31,128 nucleotides of DNA from positions 1-31,128 of the IMG/VR virus record IMGVR_UViG_3300030109_005817; one strand, given 5' to 3'. Under the pieces are notes generated by a model. That model was not told the origin of the DNA. It searched no databases and was given only the letters and a program-made list of their open reading frames with translations. Positions 5,993 through 15,135 of the stretch are shown here, piece by piece (position 1 is the stretch's first letter; each line of letters opens with the position of its first letter). The DNA comes from a virus (lineage: Duplodnaviria > Caudoviricetes). Both the position numbers and the translations under genes were made by a program.

Positions 5993-8900
5993 ATGGCGTC
6001 TGAAGACGATATCCTTGCTCGTTCGATGTTGTCTTCCAAGTCGTACGGTGGTGGTTCTGACATTGCACCTGCGCCTGTTTCTGAGGTAGACGTATCTGAT
6101 TTAAGGTCACGGTACGACGGTCTTCGTGGTTATGATTCACGCGAGGAGTATCGTGGTTTCAAGGTTCCTGATGGGATGTCTTCTGATCAACGCGAGGCTT
6201 GGTTTGCTTCTATTGACGAGCGTGAGGACGCCAAGGACGCGGGGCGTGTGTGGGGAGATCCCGAGCCTTGGGAGAGTCAAATTCCCAGGTATATATGGGA
6301 CACTGCGATGGAGTTGGAGCGGGAAGAGAAGCGATTTAAGGAGGATCCTTTAGGGCGTGGCCGCGCATATAAGGATTGGGCCGAGGGCGTTTACGAAGAC
6401 GTAATGTCTGGAGATCCTGAGACGATTCGTAACGTAGCTGATGTTGCGAGTTTGACTGATCCTACGGGTGCATCTGACCTTACATCTGCTGGTGCTTCTG
6501 CGAGATTGGCGTATGACGAGCCTGAGAAGCGTAAGTCTCACTTGACAGACGTTGCCATATCAGGTGTGGCGGGTGCAATTGGCTTTATTCCGTTGGTTGG
6601 CACCATTTTGCCTGGTTCACAGGCGATGAAGACGGCGATTAAGGGCGCACCGGAGCCGGTATTTGAGTCTGTAGCAGAGAAATTTGCGGTAGGCTTGCCC
6701 GATAAGCTTGGTGTTCAGGATCTTGAGGGCATTTTGGGCCGTAAGAAGCACCAAAAAGCGGGTCAAGTTGCCCGATATGCGCAGGACGTAAAGGACAAGG
6801 ACACGGGCAAGATCGTCCACAAGAAGGGTGACAAGAAGCTTACAAAGTCTGGGGAAGAGATTGTTTATCCCGAGTACGTCTACAAGGATATTACTGCTGG
6901 CGAGTGGAGCGACACAAAGCTCGACGAGTTCATTGAAACCGCCAGATCATCCGGCAAGAAGAGCGTCACCAAGGACGAGTTGATCAAGCATTTGGATGAG
7001 AACAAGGTCCAGGTCGAAGAGGTTCGGCTTAGTCATGCTTCACAAGAGGTTCCAGACGACATTAAGGCTCTTGCGAAACAGAAAGGAGCAGCCTTTGACT
7101 CATTGAATGACGATGCGCAATCTGTAGCTTCGGTACTTTCTTCAGACGTGCCACTTCATTCGTCGAGTGTTTCGGAGAATATGCACAGGTTTTCCAACAA
7201 CCCGAGTCACTTCTTCAGGATGTACATGGATTATGTTGGTCGCATTTCCGATATTGATCTTTTTGTTGATGTTCCTGACGACATGGTGGAAATTGTAAAA
7301 CGACTGAAGAATTTGAGCGACAATCGATCTGTTTCTAGTTGGACACCTGAAGATGCTGCACTGATCACTGAGGCGCGCAAGAAGATCAACGCGAAGCTGG
7401 AGGATCCTGAATATAAGAATTTCGTCGAAGGTAACCGTTTTGTCTTGGACGATGAATTTGGTTACGACTTGGAAATTTTGACAAAAACCGGGCTGAAGCA
7501 CGAAAACCTTGAGGATATAGGAAGGATTCTCGACGAGATGCCCGAGGCCGAGACCCGTTTGGCTGCTCTGCGTGAGTTTCAAGCGTTGCCGAAGTACCAG
7601 GAATTTGCTCAAGCAAGCAAAGAGTATAAAGAAAAGTATTCGGCATTTCAGACTAAGACTCGCAGTCTTGCTCCCAGGTGGGAGGAACGCAGCGTCCCCG
7701 GCGGCGAGGACTACCAGGAGATTCTGCTGACGGTTCCCAATAGGAATCAAGAAATTGTTGATGATTTAATCCTCAAAAATGAGGAACTTCAAAAAGAAGT
7801 TGATGCGCTGGACGATGCATATGAAGCCGGAACAATGCCTGATTTGGAAATGAGTCGTGCTTCGGAAATAGACATACAAATTGCTGCGAATGACATAGAA
7901 ATTAAAAAGCTTCTTAAAAAGGATCTTAATTTATTCACCGAATCCCACCACAGCGACATCCCCAACGTCATGGCCCACATCCGGTTCAAGACCCGGATTG
8001 ACAGCAGGGGCCGCAAGATCATGTTCGTTGAAGAGATTCAGTCTGACTGGCATCAGCAGGGTCTGAAGCAGGGGTATAGAAAACAAGAAAAAAGGTTCAC
8101 GGTTCTTGAAAAAGACAGCGGTGACGAGATCGCGTCATTTGACACTAAAGATGAGGCAGAGGCATTTATTTCAAAAAATGACCCTCAAAAGGAAAGGGTT
8201 AGATTAATTGATCTCTCGGAGATGACATTCCCAACTAATCCCATTTTTGGAAACCCAGTACCCGACGCCCCATTCAAAGACACCAAAGAGTGGACGGCCC
8301 TCGCCATCAAGCGCATCTTCCGCGAGGCAGCAGATAAGGGCTACGACGGCGTAGTGTTCAGCCGTGCAGACATGATCACGCCTGTGGTGACTTTGCCTCC
8401 ACATGAGGCTGCTGATATCATCCGTTCAGTCCGTCCCGAAGAAGCGTTTCTGGCGCGTCTTGCAGAGCTTAAACAACAAGGTGGTCACTACGCACAGGGC
8501 GCAGAAGAAGCTGAGAAAGTATTTAAGGGCAACCAGTACTTCTACGACAAGCTCATCCCCAGCATTGTCAAGAAAGAGACGAAGGCAAAGCGATCCAACA
8601 CGTTCATCGACTTGGACCCAGACGGCATCGTAGCCAAAGATCATCACGAAGCCGAAAAGATGTTCCCATTCTTTGAACTCACCGACAAAGTCAAAGACCG
8701 GGTCATCAAGCCCCAGAAGCTGTACAGCGTTGCATTGCCTGGAATCGCCGTAGGAGCCGCCGCAGCAGAAGAGGAAGAGTTGTCAGCGGCTGCTGCCTTG
8801 GGAGCGCTTGGAATGGGCGGCATGGCCTTGTATAAGGGTGCCAAGGCTGCTCGTGTTGCCGATCTAAAGGTCCCAACAGAAACTTCAGCTTATGAGGGCC

Positions 8901-11900
8901 AGCAGACGGTCGGTAAGGTCGTATTTGACTCCAAAGATGGAATGGGTGCCGTTTCAAACAGCAAAAACGTTGCATACAAAGGCTTTGTTGTGTGGATGAA
9001 GCCACAAGATTTTCTCGGCCTTAACCCTGTCCGTTCGTCTGAAAGCGCTGCCGATACGGTAAAGGCGGTCACTGAGGCAATTGAAGAAGGTAAACCCATC
9101 GGCCCACCCTTCTTAAACGTAAAGTTGGTCAAAGATGGAGACGATGCTGGCAGCTTTCAGGTGGTCCAGCATGAGGGTCGTGGCCGTATGGCTGCGATTA
9201 ATTCTATTCAGCCCGACGTTCCGGTTCCTGTTCACGTATTTGGTCGTGGGGCGATTGATAGAGGCAGAGACATCACGCCCGAAATGATGCAGGGCTTGGT
9301 CGATCCCACGTCGAATGTCAGGCTATTGCCCGACAAGAAAGCTACTGATGGTAAAGCAGTCACTCCAGATGCAGCGTGGCACGTTCCAGATAGCGACGAC
9401 TATGATCCAAACTACCTTCCTGTTGGTAAGACATATCGTGCTGACGCACCCAAGCCCCCCGCTGCCACAACCACAGCCAAGGCGTCACAACGGACTTTCA
9501 CAGCCCCGACGAAGTTGCCCGAGACACCTGACGAGATTGAGGCAGCTTTTTCGGAAATGAACCGGATTCAGCGTGGCGCTCCAGAGAGTGCGATGGATTT
9601 GGTTCAGCATCATAACGCTGGTGCGGGGCCTGCTGGTTATTTAGCTGAACATATCGGGGATCTCACGGCCCGTCTGGGTCATCGTGCCTACGGGCCAGTA
9701 GCCGAGAAGGTTGGTAAGACGCATGGCAGTTTGCTTATGGGCTTCGAGACACCGCCCTTGCAAGATGTTTTGAGTGACAAAAGTTACCGCAAGAAGCTTT
9801 TGGATAAGGGTTACGAAAGATATTCTATGATGATGGAGGGCGGCGCTCCATCTATGACTCGCGATGAGTGGGCCAAAAAGTTTGATGAGAAGCTGGCCAA
9901 GTACGCTGATGAGCACCGAAAGGTTCCTGTTTACAATGAGGTGCAAAGGCTTGCGAATGACGCGGCTGTCGCGCTTGGTGAGCAGCGATACGTTGACGTT
10001 CGCGATTCTTTGGCGAAGCTTCAAAAGTACATTGATGAAGGCAAAGATCGATTTACGGCCCGCATGTCATGGGTTGAGCCAGAGTTTGCTCGGTTTCCCG
10101 GTGGGGAGATTCCTCCAGGCACGGCAGTCAAAACAGAGTTGCCCGATTTCTCCGCTGAGTACAAACGAAAGAAAGAACTAAACGATTTAGTTAGTGGCCT
10201 GATGGCCCGCAGAAAAGCAGCAGAGCGATCAGACGCTTTGGAGGCAGCACTTAAATCAACCAAAGCCAAGCCCCCCGCCGCCACGATGAAGCTGCCTGAC
10301 GCTACAAAGGACATCGTCAAGCGGCTTGATACGAAGCCGGACGATTTCAAACTGACAGAGGCAGAACTGGCAATAGTCAAACAGCAGAGGCGCGATGTCA
10401 CAGATACCTTTATGGTTATGGGTAGTATTCAGCGTGCAGGGCCGGAAGATGCTGGTCAGCATATACGAATGTCTCTCAAGGACTTTAAGTTATCTCCTGA
10501 TCCGTATGGTCAAATAGTAGAAGATGTTGGCGATCTGACACACCGAATGGGGCACTTTGCGTATGACCCGGTGAGAAAAAAGGTAAGGGACAGTCTCAGA
10601 GGCTTTCTTGACTGGAAGGGTCTTGACTCCGTATACTCGGATAACGTCAGTAGTAACAAGATTCTAAGGTACGCTTTCGGGCAGGCACAGAAACACAGGG
10701 GCTATGCTGGCAGCTATGAGACTTTTGTTGACACGATACGGGTTGCAGGACAAAAATACGCTGACGCTCACCGCACAGTGCCGGTTTACAATGAGCTTCA
10801 CCGGCTCGCCAACGATGCTGCTATTGCGCTTGGTGAGTTTAGATTCATGGACGCTCGCAAACATCTGGAGAAGTTGGAGGGTTATCTGGACGAAGGCAAG
10901 GATGCCTTCACAGTCCGTGCCTCCCGCGTAGAGCCTGAGTTTGCCCGCCCCGGCTCAATCCCAGCCAAGCCCCCCGCCGCCACAGACGTAGCCACAGCCG
11001 GTGCCAAGACTGAAGATGAGGCTGTTGAGGCTGCTCGTTTGTGGCGCGAAATGGGTACAAAGTCGCCGTTCTTCAAGCGTTGGTTTGGTAAGTCCAAGGT
11101 AGTCGATGAGGCTGGTGAGCCGTTGGTGGTTTACCACGGGACCGATGCTGATTTTGATACATTTGATCCATCAAAAAAGGGTATCCAACAAATTTTGTTT
11201 AGTACTTTTGAAGTTGAAAGACAAGGCATGTTTTTTTCGCCAGATAAAAAAGCTGCCTTAGAGTATGGCGACAAGGTCAAGCCGGTATATCTAAAGGCAG
11301 ACAATATTATTGATTTGGGCGACCCCGATCAGTGGTTTTCTCTTCGGGATGCTTGGGCAGATGCAGGGTACAATGAGAGGTGGTTTGACTCCGTTAGTCA
11401 TGCTTGGGAAATGTTTGATGAAGCAGACGGAAAGCTGTTCACAGATTTTCTAAAGAAACAGGGTTATGACGGGGTTAAATTTGAAGAAGACATTTTAGAG
11501 GCTGGAGCAGATACGATTTATGTCGTTTTTGAACCCACCCAGATCAAGTCTGTAAAGAACCCCGGCACTTTCGACCCGACCAATCCATCAATTATGAAGG
11601 GCATCGGAGTGGGCGCTGCAGTCCCTGCTGCTGCCGCTGTACGGTCACAGCGACAAGAAGAGCAGGGTAACCCACTCTCAGAGCCCCCAGAGTACGAGTC
11701 CATGTCCTACGAGGGCGGATACAGCCAAGCAATCGACTTCTCAGAGACTGCTGCGCTTGTGGAAAAGATGATTGGACTGAGCAATGAAGCACAGGATCTC
11801 TATACACAAATGGGCCTGATTGAAGCTGAGTATGCAAGCCTTAACGAAGAGGATAAGATCGGTAAGCGTGGTAAGCTATTGGCTGAATGGTATGATGACT

Positions 11901-12355
11901 CAGCAGATAAATTTTCAGAAGCTGGCAGGCAACTGAATGAGTCTGAGTATGACCGATATTTGATGGGCTCGGACACGTATTATGACACTGACCCCAAGGG
12001 CATTCAGGGCTACGATGACGTTCGTTTGTTCGTAAACACGGGATATTCGGGCGATCCGATGCTTTTGGACGCTGATTTACGCGCTTCTCAGGAAAACAAA
12101 CAACGTAAGAGACTGAAGGAAACCATTGGAAACGGTGGTCCAATGTTAGATATGTTTGGTAAATCTGGAGATTTGAATCGTTATTTGTATCAAAAAGCTA
12201 AGTTTTTTGAGCATCCTGTACAGACAGTGCAGCTTAATAATGATCAAAAGCGTATACTGGCAAAAGATTATTACAATCTTGAGGCTCTAAAAGAAACAGG
12301 CTTGATATCATACTTGTTATATAAAGAGTTGTTAGGTAACGTAGAGTTAGTTTAG
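5993..12355 (+). CDS. Large polyvalent protein (2120 aa) with EEIQSDWHQ domain, ParB/Srx-like domain, duplicated unknown domain and ART-PolyVal-like ADP-ribosyltransferase
   Basis: GGAGG RBS. FKRWFGKSKVVDEAGEPLVVYHGT..GMFFS..PVYL..GYDGV..YVVFEPTQIKS (~11070-11590) is ART-PolyVal-like; PPFLNV..HEGRGRMAA (~9100-9200) is ParB-like; internal repeat at ~9500-10100 and ~10290-10950. Confidence 0.85.
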   Translation: MASEDDILARSMLSSKSYGGGSDIAPAPVSEVDVSDLRSRYDGLRGYDSREEYRGFKVPDGMSSDQREAWFASIDEREDAKDAGRVWGDPEPWESQIPRYIWDTAMELEREEKRFKEDPLGRGRAYKDWAEGVYEDVMSGDPETIRNVADVASLTDPTGASDLTSAGASARLAYDEPEKRKSHLTDVAISGVAGAIGFIPLVGTILPGSQAMKTAIKGAPEPVFESVAEKFAVGLPDKLGVQDLEGILGRKKHQKAGQVARYAQDVKDKDTGKIVHKKGDKKLTKSGEEIVYPEYVYKDITAGEWSDTKLDEFIETARSSGKKSVTKDELIKHLDENKVQVEEVRLSHASQEVPDDIKALAKQKGAAFDSLNDDAQSVASVLSSDVPLHSSSVSENMHRFSNNPSHFFRMYMDYVGRISDIDLFVDVPDDMVEIVKRLKNLSDNRSVSSWTPEDAALITEARKKINAKLEDPEYKNFVEGNRFVLDDEFGYDLEILTKTGLKHENLEDIGRILDEMPEAETRLAALREFQALPKYQEFAQASKEYKEKYSAFQTKTRSLAPRWEERSVPGGEDYQEILLTVPNRNQEIVDDLILKNEELQKEVDALDDAYEAGTMPDLEMSRASEIDIQIAANDIEIKKLLKKDLNLFTESHHSDIPNVMAHIRFKTRIDSRGRKIMFVEEIQSDWHQQGLKQGYRKQEKRFTVLEKDSGDEIASFDTKDEAEAFISKNDPQKERVRLIDLSEMTFPTNPIFGNPVPDAPFKDTKEWTALAIKRIFREAADKGYDGVVFSRADMITPVVTLPPHEAADIIRSVRPEEAFLARLAELKQQGGHYAQGAEEAEKVFKGNQYFYDKLIPSIVKKETKAKRSNTFIDLDPDGIVAKDHHEAEKMFPFFELTDKVKDRVIKPQKLYSVALPGIAVGAAAAEEEELSAAAALGALGMGGMALYKGAKAARVADLKVPTETSAYEGQQTVGKVVFDSKDGMGAVSNSKNVAYKGFVVWMKPQDFLGLNPVRSSESAADTVKAVTEAIEEGKPIGPPFLNVKLVKDGDDAGSFQVVQHEGRGRMAAINSIQPDVPVPVHVFGRGAIDRGRDITPEMMQGLVDPTSNVRLLPDKKATDGKAVTPDAAWHVPDSDDYDPNYLPVGKTYRADAPKPPAATTTAKASQRTFTAPTKLPETPDEIEAAFSEMNRIQRGAPESAMDLVQHHNAGAGPAGYLAEHIGDLTARLGHRAYGPVAEKVGKTHGSLLMGFETPPLQDVLSDKSYRKKLLDKGYERYSMMMEGGAPSMTRDEWAKKFDEKLAKYADEHRKVPVYNEVQRLANDAAVALGEQRYVDVRDSLAKLQKYIDEGKDRFTARMSWVEPEFARFPGGEIPPGTAVKTELPDFSAEYKRKKELNDLVSGLMARRKAAERSDALEAALKSTKAKPPAATMKLPDATKDIVKRLDTKPDDFKLTEAELAIVKQQRRDVTDTFMVMGSIQRAGPEDAGQHIRMSLKDFKLSPDPYGQIVEDVGDLTHRMGHFAYDPVRKKVRDSLRGFLDWKGLDSVYSDNVSSNKILRYAFGQAQKHRGYAGSYETFVDTIRVAGQKYADAHRTVPVYNELHRLANDAAIALGEFRFMDARKHLEKLEGYLDEGKDAFTVRASRVEPEFARPGSIPAKPPAATDVATAGAKTEDEAVEAARLWREMGTKSPFFKRWFGKSKVVDEAGEPLVVYHGTDADFDTFDPSKKGIQQILFSTFEVERQGMFFSPDKKAALEYGDKVKPVYLKADNIIDLGDPDQWFSLRDAWADAGYNERWFDSVSHAWEMFDEADGKLFTDFLKKQGYDGVKFEEDILEAGADTIYVVFEPTQIKSVKNPGTFDPTNPSIMKGIGVGAAVPAAAAVRSQRQEEQGNPLSEPPEYESMSYEGGYSQAIDFSETAALVEKMIGLSNEAQDLYTQMGLIEAEYASLNEEDKIGKRGKLLAEWYDDSADKFSEAGRQLNESEYDRYLMGSDTYYDTDPKGIQGYDDVRLFVNTGYSGDPMLLDADLRASQENKQRKRLKETIGNGGPMLDMFGKSGDLNRYLYQKAKFFEHPVQTVQLNNDQKRILAKDYYNLEALKETGLISYLLYKELLGNVELV
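9450..10983 (+). repeat. Three copies of linker CCAAGCCCCCCGCYGCCAC (KPPAAT)
   Basis: Copies at 9450-9468, 10266-10284 and 10965-10983; copies 2 and 3 are identical over 21 nt. Confidence 0.9.
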
Positions 12356-12363
12356 GAGGCAGT

Positions 12364-13116
12364 ATGGCTCGTCGTATGGGTCCTGAAGCGGCTTATGAAA
12401 TGGCACAACGGACAATGGAAGAAAACCCTGGGGCCAGTCGCGCCGAAATGAGGGCGAAGGCTGAACGGATGGTTGATTCGTCGCGTATGCCTCTTTATGA
12501 AAGGTCTAAATTGACCGATATTCTTAACTATGCGTCTGTTCTGCCTAATCAGTTAGCAGAAGCGAACATTGGATTTAATACCCCCATGGGTCCGGCTGGA
12601 ACACCAGGGTACATGAAGAACCAATTGACGGCCCCTATGACTCAGGAAGATGCCCGAAACATGGAAGTTAGTAGACAAAAAGACTTCATGGATCGGACGC
12701 AACGCAGAATGGAATCAAACCCAGGTGGTTTCAACATTGGATACGAACAGGTTGCCAAAGACATGGGCTACGACCAGACCATGACAGAGCGACAAACGCC
12801 ATCAGCACCGGTATCCATGCAATATGATGCTGCTGCGTCAGCCAAGCTTGCTGAGTTGCGTGGTCAGTCTGCTTTTGATGTTGGTTTCCGCCAAGGCCTC
12901 GAAGACTACCAAAAGATGAAGGGCGAGTCGCCAAACATTATCGATGAGTTGTCTGGTTCCACTGAAGAGGCCAACCGTGCCCGCAGTGCTATCTTCATGG
13001 GCAACATGACCAGTAGCGATATCAAGCGTCTTGGTTACGCAGAGGCAATGGAGTTTGCAGAGCGTGAAGAAAAAACCGGTGCAGATAAAATGTTGCGTCA
13101 AGGGATGATGGAATAA
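12364..13116 (+). CDS. Hypothetical Met-rich protein (250 aa)
   Basis: AGGAGG RBS, operonic position; no family recognised. Confidence 0.85.
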   Translation: MARRMGPEAAYEMAQRTMEENPGASRAEMRAKAERMVDSSRMPLYERSKLTDILNYASVLPNQLAEANIGFNTPMGPAGTPGYMKNQLTAPMTQEDARNMEVSRQKDFMDRTQRRMESNPGGFNIGYEQVAKDMGYDQTMTERQTPSAPVSMQYDAAASAKLAELRGQSAFDVGFRQGLEDYQKMKGESPNIIDELSGSTEEANRARSAIFMGNMTSSDIKRLGYAEAMEFAEREEKTGADKMLRQGMME

Positions 13117-13532
13117 TGCGGAAGAAACGGCCAGTCAGCATGGACGACAAGCGTCGTATGGAAGCCCTGAACCAGGCGAAAGAGATTCGAATGAAGCGGG
13201 GCCGCAATCCCCGCATGGCTGCGCAACCGCTCAAGTCGAATGTTGAGTCTGAAATGGGCAACCCTGGTGGTACGAGTCAAAGCAGACTTCAAAAGAATCG
13301 TGCAGCAAAAGTCGCTATGGATAAGTTTGTGGCCGGTAGGTTTGATAAGCTGCCGCGCCTTAGTGAAGTTGGTGGACCAAAAGAGGACCTTCAAGATATT
13401 TCAGGCCAGCTAGGCAAGGCGTCAAAGCTTCACGGAGATCAATCCAAGCGTGTTGGTAAGATTGCTGCAGGCATGAAGTCTGAAACCGGCAACCCACACA
13501 TAAAGCGAAGCAAGTCTAAATACGGAATGTAA
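13116..13532 (+). CDS. Small basic hypothetical protein
   Basis: TAATG overlap with the upstream stop; Lys/Arg-rich; two ExGNP motifs. Confidence 0.8.
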   Translation: MRKKRPVSMDDKRRMEALNQAKEIRMKRGRNPRMAAQPLKSNVESEMGNPGGTSQSRLQKNRAAKVAMDKFVAGRFDKLPRLSEVGGPKEDLQDISGQLGKASKLHGDQSKRVGKIAAGMKSETGNPHIKRSKSKYGM

Positions 13533-13533
13533 A

Positions 13534-13833
13534 ATGGCTCAGTCCGCAGATGCATTGTTGAAAGGGGGTATGAAAACCAACAAGCCCCGTCGCATCCGTA
13601 AGGGCGAGCCTGGATACGGAAAAAAGAAGTTTGTTGTTGTGGCTAGTTCAGGTGGCAAAAAGAAAGTCATTCGATTTGGTGATGCCAAGATGGCGATCCG
13701 AAGAGACAACCCCAAGGCCCGTAAAAACTTCAGATCACGTCATGGTTGCGACAAGGCCAAGGCAAAAAACAAACTGACTGCAAAGTACTGGTCTTGCTAT
13801 CAATGGCGAGCAGGATCAAAGGTTAAGGGCTAA
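13534..13833 (+). CDS. Small very basic conserved phage protein
   Basis: KKFVV..IRFGD..ARKNFRSRHGC..AKYWSC..W pattern that I recognise from aquatic phage hypothetical proteins. Confidence 0.85.
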   Translation: MAQSADALLKGGMKTNKPRRIRKGEPGYGKKKFVVVASSGGKKKVIRFGDAKMAIRRDNPKARKNFRSRHGCDKAKAKNKLTAKYWSCYQWRAGSKVKG

Positions 13834-14243
13834 TGCACGACAATTTTCTAACCAGCAGAATGCGTGAGCACGGTCAGCCAAATGCATGTCCTCGTGCGAC
13901 TCAAGACCTCGACTTGAATCTCAAGAACAGGCAGGAAGCCATCGATACAAAGATGTACGGCCCCGCTAATCCACAGTTGGATGATGCTGGCGGTAATCAA
14001 GAGTTTTGGCAACAGTACGCTGATCAGTTTAACGATTCGCTTGAAAATGTGATGCAGATGCGTTGCGGAAACTGTTCTTTTTTTGAGCGATCACCTCAGA
14101 TGCTTGAATGCATTGAAAAGGGTATCGGTGACGAATCCGATCCTGAAATGGCCGTTGCCGCTGGTGAGTTGGGTTATTGCCAAGCTTTAGATTTCAAATG
14201 TGCATCGATGAGAGTTTGCACTGTTTGGGCCGGGAGGGTCTGA
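13833..14243 (+). CDS. Cys-rich conserved phage protein, probable metal or Fe-S binding
   Basis: CPRATQD..NLKNR..YGPANP..RCGNCSFF..GYC..FKCAS.RVC..W; TAATG coupling. Confidence 0.85.
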   Translation: MHDNFLTSRMREHGQPNACPRATQDLDLNLKNRQEAIDTKMYGPANPQLDDAGGNQEFWQQYADQFNDSLENVMQMRCGNCSFFERSPQMLECIEKGIGDESDPEMAVAAGELGYCQALDFKCASMRVCTVWAGRV

Positions 14244-14788
14244 TGTTTTTTTATGATCATGCAATGTCTCGTGATGACTTTATGGATCAAGAAGAGAAGC
14301 CTGCTGGTGAGATCGACATGGTCGATGGCTTGCGCGCTATGTCCATGTTCAAGAGAGACTCTGGACCGCTTCAACCAACTGACATCAACCAAGAGGTAAA
14401 ATACGCTCTGGTTTCTCATCCAGAGTGCATTGTAGAGTTGAATATGGACGGTTTTTTGTCCGAGTCTTTAGTGCGCGAGTTGGAACAGATGATGAAGGAC
14501 TCTTCTGATTCCATGATGGATATGCCTAAAATGACTTCACCGGGTGTAATTATTATCGCTCAAGGTAATCCTATGGGCGGTGAAATGTATGAGGTTGGAA
14601 ACCCAAAAAAAAAGTCTAAAAGTCGTGTAAACGAGGCTGGTAACTACACCAAGCCTGGAATGCGTAAGCGTCAATTCCAACGCATCAAGGCCGGTGGTAA
14701 GGGTGGCAAGCCTGGTCAGTGGTCTGCACGCAAGGCTCAGATGCTTGCGCAGGCATACAAGAAAGCTGGTGGGGGCTATAGGGATTGA
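14243..14788 (+). CDS. Protein with acidic N-terminus and C-terminal DUF5872-like segment
   Basis: TGATG overlap and GGAGG RBS set the start at 14243; NYTKPGMRK..GGKGGKPGQWSARKAQMLAQAYKKAGGGY motif. Confidence 0.8.
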   Translation: MFFYDHAMSRDDFMDQEEKPAGEIDMVDGLRAMSMFKRDSGPLQPTDINQEVKYALVSHPECIVELNMDGFLSESLVRELEQMMKDSSDSMMDMPKMTSPGVIIIAQGNPMGGEMYEVGNPKKKSKSRVNEAGNYTKPGMRKRQFQRIKAGGKGGKPGQWSARKAQMLAQAYKKAGGGYRD

Positions 14789-15135
14789 TGGCTCTTAAAA
14801 AATCACAACGAAGCTTAAAAAAGTGGACCAAACGAAAATGGCGTACAAAGTCCGGTAAGCCAAGTATTCAGGGTCCTGACGCTACGGGTGAACGATACAA
14901 GCCTTCTGCTGAACACGCTAAGGATTCGCCACAAAAAACTGCTGCTGATACTCGCGCAAAAAGAAAGGCGACACGAAAAGGAAAGCAACACGCAGAGTAT
15001 GGGAATCCATCTGAAGATAAGTTTCTGGCAAAGCACATGCGTATGGAATACAGTAAGAAACCCAAGATGACTGACGATGAACGAAAAAAAACGTTGGCGA
15101 TTGGGTACAAAAAATATGAAAATAGGAAGAAGTAA
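14788..15135 (+). CDS. Small basic protein, second part of a DUF5872-like family
   Basis: TGATG overlap; QRSLKKWTKRKWRTKSGK..GERYKP..AKRKA motif. Confidence 0.8.
   Translation: MALKKSQRSLKKWTKRKWRTKSGKPSIQGPDATGERYKPSAEHAKDSPQKTAADTRAKRKATRKGKQHAEYGNPSEDKFLAKHMRMEYSKKPKMTDDERKKTLAIGYKKYENRKK

Noticed and set aside
14602-14614. A9 run containing an A-AAA-AAG slippery-like site
   Set aside because: The zero frame continues directly into the conserved motif and the run is explained by poly-Lys codons; no evidence for a programmed frameshift.
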